In this document: in pieces, positions 56,112-64,000 of the stretch
How the letters are laid out: every line of letters starts with the position of its first letter
How positions within the stretch are numbered: the stretch's first letter is position 1
DNA from: a virus
IMG/VR virus record: IMGVR_UViG_3300046804_003540
Span: 8,014 to 72,013 of that record
Direction: 5' to 3' (one strand)
DNA: 64,000 nt
Position numbers and translations under genes: made by a program
Notes under the pieces: model-generated
What the model saw: only the letters and a program-made list of their open reading frames with translations
Told to the model about the DNA's origin: nothing
The model's database searches: none

Positions 56112-56534
56112 TTAGTTACCAGCTGTTGTAACAAACTGTAGACCAGGTTCAGCAACCTTAACACCTGTTAGGTTAACAGAACTTACTGTGCCTAGAGCAA
56201 CAATGTTAGCTTGTAGGTCTGTGGTTGTCCAGCTGTTGTCTTCAACAACAACGCTGACCAAACCGTTTGTAACACCACCAATACCAGCACTGGAAACTTG
56301 GTATGCTAGTAGAGTAGCTTTCTGGCCAAATACGCCTAGAATAGCTTCAACTGCTTCGCCTGTGCCTAGAGCGGTTGTCAAAGCAACGTTACTGTTTACA
56401 GAGAAAGCGCGGATTGGCTTGCCAATACCTGTGCTTACGATTGTACCTAGTGTAGAAGCTTCTGTGCTTAGGGCAACGTTACCAACGCTTACAACGTTTT
56501 GTGCATTACCATTTGTTCTTGTAAAAACTGCCAT
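56112..56534 (-). CDS. Putative abundant virion protein (decoration-type)
   Basis: Own late promoter, strong RBS and terminator; small-residue-rich. Confidence 0.6.
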   Translation of the reverse strand: MAVFTRTNGNAQNVVSVGNVALSTEASTLGTIVSTGIGKPIRAFSVNSNVALTTALGTGEAVEAILGVFGQKATLLAYQVSSAGIGGVTNGLVSVVVEDNSWTTTDLQANIVALGTVSSVNLTGVKVAEPGLQFVTTAGN

Positions 56535-56589
56535 TTTATTTTTCCTTTTAAAAGTTTAGTGCTCGCGCACATAAATTTATTTATACCGA

Positions 56590-57954
56590 TTAATCTTTTT
56601 TCCACTGTTTAGGTGCGGAAAAGTTCTGTTTGCTGAACTCTAGTCTATCAACCAGTTTCACAGCGCCGCCGTCATGTCCAATGGCTACAAAACCTTCAGG
56701 GGCAGTTACTTTGTAACCGTTATCAGTTTTAATGAAAGTACCTATACTTTCTACTTTCTGCATTTTGCCGAGAATCATTAGCTTGACTTCAATTATACGC
56801 TTGTAGATAGCCAATACGCCCAATAGTGTGTTGCTATTATCTTCCATGAATTCTTCGTTGGCAACAATTTTTTCAATTCTACGCAGTACAGCTACTTTTA
56901 CACCCGATTCTAGCAGTGCTTTATCTAATTGTTTTCTGGCAGCAGCGTCTCTTGTTGCCATGTATTGGTGTACAAGTTCTTCCTGTTGTTCAGTAAATTG
57001 ACTGTTTTTCATTAGTGTGTCAATTTCTGCTTCCATTTTACCACGATAAAATGTAATAAATTCCTGCAGGAACGCAGTGGGTTCACCTACTTGTTCGCCG
57101 CCTTTAACTTTACTGTTAATAAAAGGTTTAATGTATTGGCTAAACTCTGTGTTATTCAATATGGTATTAAACTTAGCTGGATTTATCTTTTTTAAGGTAT
57201 TGGCAGCAGCACCCAGTGTACGACTGATCATTGTATTTTCTTCAGGTGTTAGGCTAGCAATACCAGTAAGGTCTTTGTAAGTAGCATCATCAAACCACAC
57301 ATCTTTGCTGGGGTTCAGACCTGCTACACTAACTCCAAAACTAGCAGTCATTTCAGGCAAACTAGCACCTTCGTAGGCAGTATGAAATACTATACCGATC
57401 TTAGCACCGCGGATTCGTTCTGCTAGTTGTTCGTTGGCAGGTACAGCGTAAGTAATGGTGTTGGGAGTAAATGTAATGCATTCTTCGCCATTTATATCAG
57501 CAGTTTGCAGTGTGTCTGCGGTAAACATCAAGTCGCCTTGCAAGACATTGCCAATGCCAATTTTGCTAAGATTCTTGAGTGCAATAATTAACTTGTTGGC
57601 TAGATCGGGTTGTTCACTATAAAACTTTTTAATATCTGCTGTAGACTTACAAGCTTTAGGTTCGGTTTTGCTGAACACACTTTTTGTACCTACGAAAAAT
57701 TTTCCATCGGCGGGATCAACGCCGCAGATAATAGCAGGAGACCCATCCCATTTTACTGTAATTTTCGTTGCTGTACCTGTGCCTTCAGCAAACATTTGAC
57801 GAAGGTTTTCACAGTAGGTCAGTGCTCGTTGTGCGCCTTGATATCCTTCATTAAATATCAAATCTTCAATGTGTTCAAGATGCAGATTCTTGCCTTCCTT
57901 GCTTTCAAATATCTGCCACTTAGGCGTATTCTTTTTTATTTCAAATAATTTCAT
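56590..57954 (-). CDS. Protein with ligase/nucleotidyltransferase-like motifs (DUF6267-like)
   Basis: HLEH.ED, TVKWDG, LQGDLMF, PEGFV, VKLVDR. Confidence 0.65.
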   Translation of the reverse strand: MKLFEIKKNTPKWQIFESKEGKNLHLEHIEDLIFNEGYQGAQRALTYCENLRQMFAEGTGTATKITVKWDGSPAIICGVDPADGKFFVGTKSVFSKTEPKACKSTADIKKFYSEQPDLANKLIIALKNLSKIGIGNVLQGDLMFTADTLQTADINGEECITFTPNTITYAVPANEQLAERIRGAKIGIVFHTAYEGASLPEMTASFGVSVAGLNPSKDVWFDDATYKDLTGIASLTPEENTMISRTLGAAANTLKKINPAKFNTILNNTEFSQYIKPFINSKVKGGEQVGEPTAFLQEFITFYRGKMEAEIDTLMKNSQFTEQQEELVHQYMATRDAAARKQLDKALLESGVKVAVLRRIEKIVANEEFMEDNSNTLLGVLAIYKRIIEVKLMILGKMQKVESIGTFIKTDNGYKVTAPEGFVAIGHDGGAVKLVDRLEFSKQNFSAPKQWKKD

Positions 57955-58694
57955 AACATTGACAAATATCTATTTAAAATTGCTGCTTCACCTGCGCTGA
58001 CAGTTCGTTTCATACCTAATGGGTGCCATTGATCTAAATCGTCTAACTCAAATTTTTTCTTGCCCACTTGTAATACCACTGGACTAGTTGCCAGTACAGA
58101 CACATTTGGAGGCAAACCAGTGTCTTGTCTTGGTGTTTCTGCAGGTGCAGGAGTTTCTTTAGGTGTTGGTTGTTGAGTAGAAGCAGGGGTAGCTGTAGAA
58201 GGTGTTTCTGCAGGTGCAGGAGTTTCTTTAGGTGTTGGTTCGGTTTTTTCTGGTTGCACCGGTACTCTATATAATTTTGTAGCGTTGTCTATGGCATCAC
58301 TTCTGGCGTCGTTAACACTGTTAAAAAATTGTGCTATAGAAGCATTTGTGAGATTTTTTGGTGTAGATAAAGAATCAATTTCACTTGTAATATAACTGGC
58401 AGCTGGGTCTTGTACTCCACTGGCAAAGTAATATTTAGAGTAATCTTTTAGATACTGTGATAATTGATCGTAATCATAAGTTCTGGGATTGGCCAAGTTA
58501 ATACCAGAATTTGTTAAAAGTTGTTGAAACTGTTTAAAGGCTTGAGCGGGTAATTGTGCTCTTGTCTTAAGCTCTGCTTTTGATCTAAGTTCTTTGGTCC
58601 TCGACTGATCGTCGGGCTGTACACCAAAACCTTTTGCAATACCTCTACCTAAAGTGTCTAGTATTCCTTCTTGAACTATGTCTTTAATCTTCAT
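57951..58694 (-). CDS. Hypothetical (putative internal head) protein
   Basis: Leader MKIKDIVQE; Pro/Thr linker duplication. Confidence 0.7.
   Translation of the reverse strand: MKIKDIVQEGILDTLGRGIAKGFGVQPDDQSRTKELRSKAELKTRAQLPAQAFKQFQQLLTNSGINLANPRTYDYDQLSQYLKDYSKYYFASGVQDPAASYITSEIDSLSTPKNLTNASIAQFFNSVNDARSDAIDNATKLYRVPVQPEKTEPTPKETPAPAETPSTATPASTQQPTPKETPAPAETPRQDTGLPPNVSVLATSPVVLQVGKKKFELDDLDQWHPLGMKRTVSAGEAAILNRYLSML
58132..58240. repeat. 40-bp direct repeat (PTPKETPAPAETP twice)
   Basis: 58132-58171 is identical to 58201-58240. Confidence 0.9.
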
Positions 58695-58932
58695 TTTTTA
58701 GCCTTTTGACGCCACGACTAAATTTAGCAGGATCCTGTGCTCTAATACTGTTTATTAGTCTGCGCTCCAGTTCTTCAGCGGCCGCAGGCTCATAGTTTTC
58801 ACGGATAAAGTTTACTAGATTAATAGCGCCCTGGATAATATTATTGGCGCGGCTTTCTACTAGATTTTCGCGGTCTTTATGTAAACGCAAAGAATCCAGC
58901 TCTTCTAGCAAACTACGGGTCTTTTTTTGCAA
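58684..58932 (-). CDS. Small helical phage protein
   Basis: TTG start with GGAG RBS; KTRSLLEEL…ERRLINSIR. Confidence 0.75.
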   Translation of the reverse strand: MQKKTRSLLEELDSLRLHKDRENLVESRANNIIQGAINLVNFIRENYEPAAAEELERRLINSIRAQDPAKFSRGVKRLKNED

Positions 58933-58956
58933 AATTCAGCTCCAGATTAAGTGTAT

Positions 58957-60399
58957 TTATTCGACTTTCTTTAATCCGGCTAGCATAGCTTTCAGCTTAG
59001 TGCTATTAGCTTCTCCATGTACAGGTTTATCCAAGCTCCAGCCTTCTTTGGGTTGTGCTCGTTGAAATCCCCCAGGCTGTTCTTCACCGTCACCAACAGT
59101 GCTTTTGGCTTTAATTTGACTCATGATGCTGCCAACCTGTGGCTTGACCGTTCCAGGTGTGCCCTGTGCTTCCTCACCAGGGTCAGTAATACGCAGTGTT
59201 TCAAGATCGAACTCTAAGTCCACTTTCATACCAACACCCGAACTGCTACGAGTTTTCATTAGCTGGATTTGATAACGACCACGCTCACGCATTGCTCTAC
59301 TTGTAAAGATACCAAACACATTATCTGCTGTGTTAATCTTACTGATACCACCCGAGATATGGCTGTGGTCAAATTCAATTTCTTCAACTGCACTTCTATT
59401 CAGCTGACTTGCAGTGACCATTAGTATGCCAAACTCACGAGCCAAGTTACGCAGTTCTTCACTGACATACTTGTCTTTGACAAACAGGTCATTGGGGCTA
59501 ACTTTAGCACTGACTGGCATGACCAAGTCTAAGTAGTCTACCATGATAAAATCTGTTTTGCGACCTGTCTGTACTTCCAGTTCCTTCAAGTACGCACGGA
59601 TTTGATTTACATTACTCTGTGCTGGCATATACTTGATACGCAGGCTACCGGACTTCTTACCTACCATCTTAACTTTTAGTTCAACTGTTTCCAAGTCTTT
59701 AAACACTTCTTTAGTGCTGACATTAGCCACCATTGAGTCCATACGCATAGCACAGAGTTCTTCACTGAGTTCCAGTGTTAAAAACACACCGTTAAGGCCC
59801 TGTGTAGCCCAGTTAATGGCAATGTTCTGCATGAACAAACTCTTACCTGAACCTGAGCCCCCAGCAAAGATGTTGAGTTCACCTCTGTTCATACCACCAA
59901 ACAGTCGCTTGTCTAGCGTGGGCCAACCTGTGCTGACTTGCCCGTTGTTGTCTTTGATCTTCATTAATCTAGCACGAGGATCTGCAAAATACTCAGTGCC
60001 CATGTCTTTGGTCAAACTGATCTGTACCGCATCCTTGATTAGTTTTTCTACTGGATCAAACTCACCTTTTTCAATCATGTCTGCGGCTTTGAGAATAGCT
60101 CGTTCCAGTTCTTGTTTCTTAGTAAAGCCTTCAAACTCGCCCATAAACCAATCATAATGGTTGTCTGTTAGGTTTGGCACTGGTTTTAGTTCTGTGCCGG
60201 TAAATGCCAGCACCTGTTCCCTTGTGGGCATGGCTCTGTGGTTGTCCACATGTTCTCTAATAAACTTGGCTGTGCTTTTTAGACTACGATCAAAGTTTTC
60301 GGGATTGTAGATGTTTTGAACACGCAAATAGCTTTCAGCGTTTTGAATCATCATCTCTAAAAATAATTTTTGTAGATCTGTGGTATATTCTTTTGACAT
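58957..60399 (-). CDS. Replicative DnaB-like helicase (T4 gp41-like)
   Basis: GGSGSGKS, LELSE, MVDYLD, TASQLNR, KTR. Confidence 0.93.
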   Translation of the reverse strand: MSKEYTTDLQKLFLEMMIQNAESYLRVQNIYNPENFDRSLKSTAKFIREHVDNHRAMPTREQVLAFTGTELKPVPNLTDNHYDWFMGEFEGFTKKQELERAILKAADMIEKGEFDPVEKLIKDAVQISLTKDMGTEYFADPRARLMKIKDNNGQVSTGWPTLDKRLFGGMNRGELNIFAGGSGSGKSLFMQNIAINWATQGLNGVFLTLELSEELCAMRMDSMVANVSTKEVFKDLETVELKVKMVGKKSGSLRIKYMPAQSNVNQIRAYLKELEVQTGRKTDFIMVDYLDLVMPVSAKVSPNDLFVKDKYVSEELRNLAREFGILMVTASQLNRSAVEEIEFDHSHISGGISKINTADNVFGIFTSRAMRERGRYQIQLMKTRSSSGVGMKVDLEFDLETLRITDPGEEAQGTPGTVKPQVGSIMSQIKAKSTVGDGEEQPGGFQRAQPKEGWSLDKPVHGEANSTKLKAMLAGLKKVE

Positions 60400-60402
60400 A
60401 TT

Positions 60403-61455
60403 TTACTTATTTTTCATCAATTTGATTTTCAATGGATTAGACTCTTGTGCATCTAATATAGCTTTGAGCACAAATAACTTGCCGTATTTTTGTACAGCAG
60501 AATTTATGTCCTTGCAGGTTTCACGCCATACAGGAAAACTTACGCTCCATCCATATTCAACAGCCTGTTCTACTGCGGCATAGCCTGGCCATACTTCACG
60601 ACCTTGTTTGTCTGTGTGTTTGTCAAAGTCCGGCACAAATATAACAGGCTTGCCTAGTTGTTCTATCAATTCTGCCTGTTGTTCACTGATTTCGTTGCTT
60701 TGCACACTGACACCATCTACGCTCATGGCATCAAAAGTTCCCTCACAGACTATGACAAATTTATTGTCAGGCCGTTGATTGTCTAAGTTAAACACAAAGT
60801 CAGCGGGATGATTGCTGTGGTACTTGGGTTTGATACCATCGTTTATAGCACGAGCTGTATAACCAACTATTTCATTCTTGTATTTGAATGGCACTATGAC
60901 ACGATGCGCTAGTTTGTGCTCTACTTCGGGAGTCCAGTAAAAATCATATCTGTTACAGTCAATCTTTCTGTCTACAACATAGTTTACTGCATGAACAAAG
61001 TTTGCAGGCAAGTTATTGTTATCAGCCAACTTATAAAACTCTGCCAATGCCCAAAAACTTTTGGCTTCGGCGGGCAGAGATCTGCGTTCAAAAGTAATCG
61101 ATTCTTTTTCTTCTTCTATTTCTTCAGGTTTGATTAGGTCTTTGATTCTCAGTGCTTCAATGACCAAACGCTGTATTTCATTTAGATCTCCGCCCAACCA
61201 ACGCAGAAGTTTTCTAAATTTGAAACTTAAGGGCCTGCCAGGAGTATAGCTGGTTTTGAACTGGCAGTTAAAACAATGCCAGCTTACGCTGCCGTTGCCA
61301 TTAACCATCAGGCCGCCGCGGCCCCTTGTATCTTGACTATCACCATTATGGATACAACAAACTGCATTGCTCGATAGCCAACCCGATTGTGATTTTTTAA
61401 GTTTGCGCCCAGTAGACCACAATTGCTGTGTATAATTTGCTATTTCATGTATCAA
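60403..61455 (-). CDS. DNA primase (T4 gp61-like)
   Basis: Zinc-binding CC..H / HCFNC; TOPRIM EG.FDA, PDFD, KDIN. Confidence 0.9.
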   Translation of the reverse strand: MIHEIANYTQQLWSTGRKLKKSQSGWLSSNAVCCIHNGDSQDTRGRGGLMVNGNGSVSWHCFNCQFKTSYTPGRPLSFKFRKLLRWLGGDLNEIQRLVIEALRIKDLIKPEEIEEEKESITFERRSLPAEAKSFWALAEFYKLADNNNLPANFVHAVNYVVDRKIDCNRYDFYWTPEVEHKLAHRVIVPFKYKNEIVGYTARAINDGIKPKYHSNHPADFVFNLDNQRPDNKFVIVCEGTFDAMSVDGVSVQSNEISEQQAELIEQLGKPVIFVPDFDKHTDKQGREVWPGYAAVEQAVEYGWSVSFPVWRETCKDINSAVQKYGKLFVLKAILDAQESNPLKIKLMKNK

Positions 61456-62104
61456 TGCGAGTTACCTTCCAGTTGTTTTGATCTTTTCTTTTTTTAATGG
61501 TTACAGTATTATTGTAACACTTTCTGTAAGCGGAAAACAACTGCCAGTAGCTTATTTTAATTTCGTTTTTGTAATGTTCGGCAAAATCCTTCAACCCAAT
61601 ATCAGTTATCCAAATTTTTCCTTCGGGGGACTCAATTTTATATGATCCTTTGTGCGAATCACTTTTGCGTTGTTTAGTTTCTTGTGTATCTGGACAATTT
61701 TGATACCTTTTCTTTTGTCCTTTACTGCAATTTTTACTTCGCGATAGTTTCTTTTCTTCTGACATGGATGCATGATGTTTTAAAGCATTATTTCTCGCAC
61801 AAGCTGAATCAACACCATCTCCACCCATTGTCATATTATATCCTAAGTTAACTGAGTTGTAATGTGCTATCCAATATATTTCTCTGTTATCGAGTTCTTG
61901 TTTAGTCCAATCATCATTTCTTTCGATTACTTCAAATTTCATATTTGCCCAGCTATATTTTTTGATAGCATTTACTATTTTTCTATCTGTGGTATCTTTA
62001 TGTTCTAGTAGACTATACCAATATTTTTTCCTATTATAGCTTACTTTAGATTGCCCTACATAGTGTTTACCTACGGGGGAGGTAATAAGATAAATGTACT
62101 TCAT
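61445..62104 (-). mobile_element. Free-standing GIY-YIG homing endonuclease gene
   Basis: YIY..T…YVGQS, E..WI..YNS…GYN.T.GG, NUMOD-like ETKQRKSDS. Confidence 0.85.
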
Positions 62105-62119
62105 GCATATATTTATCAA

Positions 62120-62185
62120 CTAACAATTAAAACAAATTCTTCTATACCCGAGACTGACGGTATAATCTTGAACCGCATTAAACAT
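62120..62185 (-). pseudogene. Probable displaced primase 5' remnant (MFNAVQDYTVS…) ending in TAG, in frame with the endonuclease
   Basis: ATG 6 nt after a TTGATT-N17-TAAACT promoter; resembles the present primase N-terminus MIHEIANYT. Confidence 0.5.
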
Positions 62186-62229
62186 CACTGTAGTTTATAG
62201 GATTTTTTGATAGAAATCAAACTTTATGA

Positions 62230-63897
62230 TTAAACCCAATTACCAATACTTAAATTGCCGTTAGTTGGACCTAATGGATTAATTGTGAAATTACTACCAG
62301 TGGTTACAGTAACAGTACCAGCCGCAGTTGCACCACTCCATGTAACTAATGGAGTTATTATGCCAGCAGTTGTGGTATCAATTACGCCTGTAATTATTAA
62401 GGTAGTGGAACTTGGTGCGTTTGATGTTGCTGATACAACAACGTTAGATCCAAAATTTGAAGTTGTATTGTATTCAACTGTATTTTCGGAACCCAGTGTG
62501 CCTATTACACCAGTTTTACTTTGAACAGCGTATGCTACTCTTGCTAGGCCTACATTTCCACCCCAAGCAAGATTAAGTGAAGTGTTGTTATCACCGGTAG
62601 TACGGCTAATATAAGCTTTGATTCTAAACCAGTATTTTGTATTTGCAACCAAATAAGGACTCAAACCAAATAAACTTTGAGCAACAGTGTTTGCATAAGT
62701 AATTGTCCTATCTGATCCTAATACATACCATTGCTCATTTGGAATTAGGCCTCGACTAGCATCGACAGGTGTTCCATAAAACACATTACCGTCAAATTCG
62801 ATTGTGCCTGGCGTTGCAGTTGTTAATACTGGTCCTGCTGTAAATACCAATGGTGCCTTGCTTACAGTGCCTGCTGATGCGTTAAGATAACTGTTGACAT
62901 TGCCTGCTGTTATGTTACTGGTTACCGACAAAGATCCAGTGGTTGATAAATTACCGCCAGTTACATTACCGGTAGAAGTTATTGTACCAGTTGTTATTAA
63001 ATTACCACTTGAAATGTTTCCATTTACAGTTAATCCAGTGCCAGTTACCCATGCTTTATCTGCAAGGGTTGTGCTGCCTACTGGTACTACTGATAATATT
63101 AAATTGCCACCAAAATTTGTTGTGGTAAAATTTTCTGATGCTCTGAATGTAATTCTACTACTAGCAGTGCCAGGTATGCTATTGCCGTCATACCCAGTGG
63201 CAGAAATACGCATAATATCTTGGCCTGACAAAATAGGAGTTGGACTTGCCAGATTTGTATTAAATCTTCTACCAACGAATGCTGCAAATTCATTATTGCC
63301 GTCGTTGTAAATTCTAGAAGGTAAGCTACTTTGTCCAGTAACATGCAACATTACACCAGTATTAACCACAGGGTATATGTTTCCTGATGTAGATCCAATG
63401 ATTTCTACGGCGCCAATCAAGGGATCTATAGTAGGAACCACAAACTTAACTTGTCCGTCTGATAATGCAGAAAAATATCTATTGGCTACATTAGGAGGAA
63501 GGCCGTCGGCTTTATAAAAACCAATATTACCGATAAGTTGTATTTCTGCATTACCTTGAGTCTGCAGGATCATGTCCTGGTTATTGTTGACAACAGTAAG
63601 TACATTATTATTGGCAGTAAAATTTCCAAAACTTAACGATAAGTTAGCAGTATCTATAAGCAGCACACCTTCGTTGCTGATATTAACTCCAGGACCTGCT
63701 TTAATACCACCAATGGTAGTGTTGGATGCAATATTGTAGGGAATAGGCATGCCACCTGGTGTAATGCCATCCGACATGCGGATTACACCATTGGCAAAGT
63801 TGTAAAACAGTATACCTTTTTCACCCAAGTAGGATTCAACATTAGGTACATTGTTTACTCTGCTAGCTTTTATCTTACCAATATTGCCTGTTGACAT
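62230..63897 (-). CDS. Tail fibre / virion appendage-like protein
   Basis: G/T/N/S-rich; SDG.TPGG N-terminal motif; GN(I/V)T.GNL repeats. Confidence 0.7.
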   Translation of the reverse strand: MSTGNIGKIKASRVNNVPNVESYLGEKGILFYNFANGVIRMSDGITPGGMPIPYNIASNTTIGGIKAGPGVNISNEGVLLIDTANLSLSFGNFTANNNVLTVVNNNQDMILQTQGNAEIQLIGNIGFYKADGLPPNVANRYFSALSDGQVKFVVPTIDPLIGAVEIIGSTSGNIYPVVNTGVMLHVTGQSSLPSRIYNDGNNEFAAFVGRRFNTNLASPTPILSGQDIMRISATGYDGNSIPGTASSRITFRASENFTTTNFGGNLILSVVPVGSTTLADKAWVTGTGLTVNGNISSGNLITTGTITSTGNVTGGNLSTTGSLSVTSNITAGNVNSYLNASAGTVSKAPLVFTAGPVLTTATPGTIEFDGNVFYGTPVDASRGLIPNEQWYVLGSDRTITYANTVAQSLFGLSPYLVANTKYWFRIKAYISRTTGDNNTSLNLAWGGNVGLARVAYAVQSKTGVIGTLGSENTVEYNTTSNFGSNVVVSATSNAPSSTTLIITGVIDTTTAGIITPLVTWSGATAAGTVTVTTGSNFTINPLGPTNGNLSIGNWV

Positions 63898-63901
63898 TTA
63901 A

Positions 63902-64000
63902 TCAAGCATCCAGTACATCGTTGTCGTCGCCGCCATTGTGCATAACACCGGCCAAGCGTTTAATTTGCTCCAGTTCTTCGTCAGTTTTAAAACCTTCTTC
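63902..64000 (-). CDS. C-terminal end of a gene starting beyond the window
   Basis: …EELEQIKRLAGVMHNGGDDNDVLDA*. Confidence 0.6.
   Translation of the reverse strand, partial: EEGFKTDEELEQIKRLAGVMHNGGDDNDVLDA

Noticed and set aside
58132-58240. 40-bp direct repeat as a mobile-element or att signature
   Set aside because: It is an in-frame duplication within a Pro/Thr linker, with no integrase or transposase.
44931-60399. Introns or inteins in nrdA, nrdB or the helicase
   Set aside because: All are of normal length and uninterrupted; no intein motifs seen.
153-63344. Numerous 60-170-aa ORFs antisense to or nested in real genes (e.g. 2149-2577, 59633-60157, 62894-63310)
   Set aside because: They are shadow frames with no RBS or motifs and overlap well-supported genes.
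1-64000. Genome-wide TAG reassignment (genetic code 15)
   Set aside because: Long conserved genes are intact under code 11 with high coding density; only two in-frame TAG candidates were found.

Overview
This is a 64 kb segment of a large, AT-rich tailed dsDNA phage genome with T4-like features: gp41-type helicase, gp61-type primase, TAAATA late-promoter motifs, a PAAR spike gene and class Ia NrdAB. About 100 densely packed genes lie almost all on the minus strand. Many are host-like auxiliary genes: aceA, ahpC/ahpD, iscU/iscA, clpS, hsp20, ribosomal protein bS21, uvsE, an amidinotransferase and nucleotide-sugar enzymes. Their character suggests a proteobacterial host (inference). The most notable observations are: (1) a tRNA whose best fold gives a CUA (amber) anticodon, directly upstream of a gene interrupted by an in-frame TAG at codon 5, in a window where no confidently called gene ends in TAG; (2) an array of small genes joined by a conserved ~23-bp DNA junction that persists in-frame, out-of-frame and as non-coding DNA; (3) an 827-aa multi-effector polyprotein punctuated by (EG)VAE linkers, plus many proteins with T4 capsid-targeting-like leaders; (4) a DnaE-like polymerase lacking the PHP domain; (5) ROSE-like 5' UTRs and a palindromic operator at early promoters. 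All calls come from reading motifs by eye; no database searches were run.
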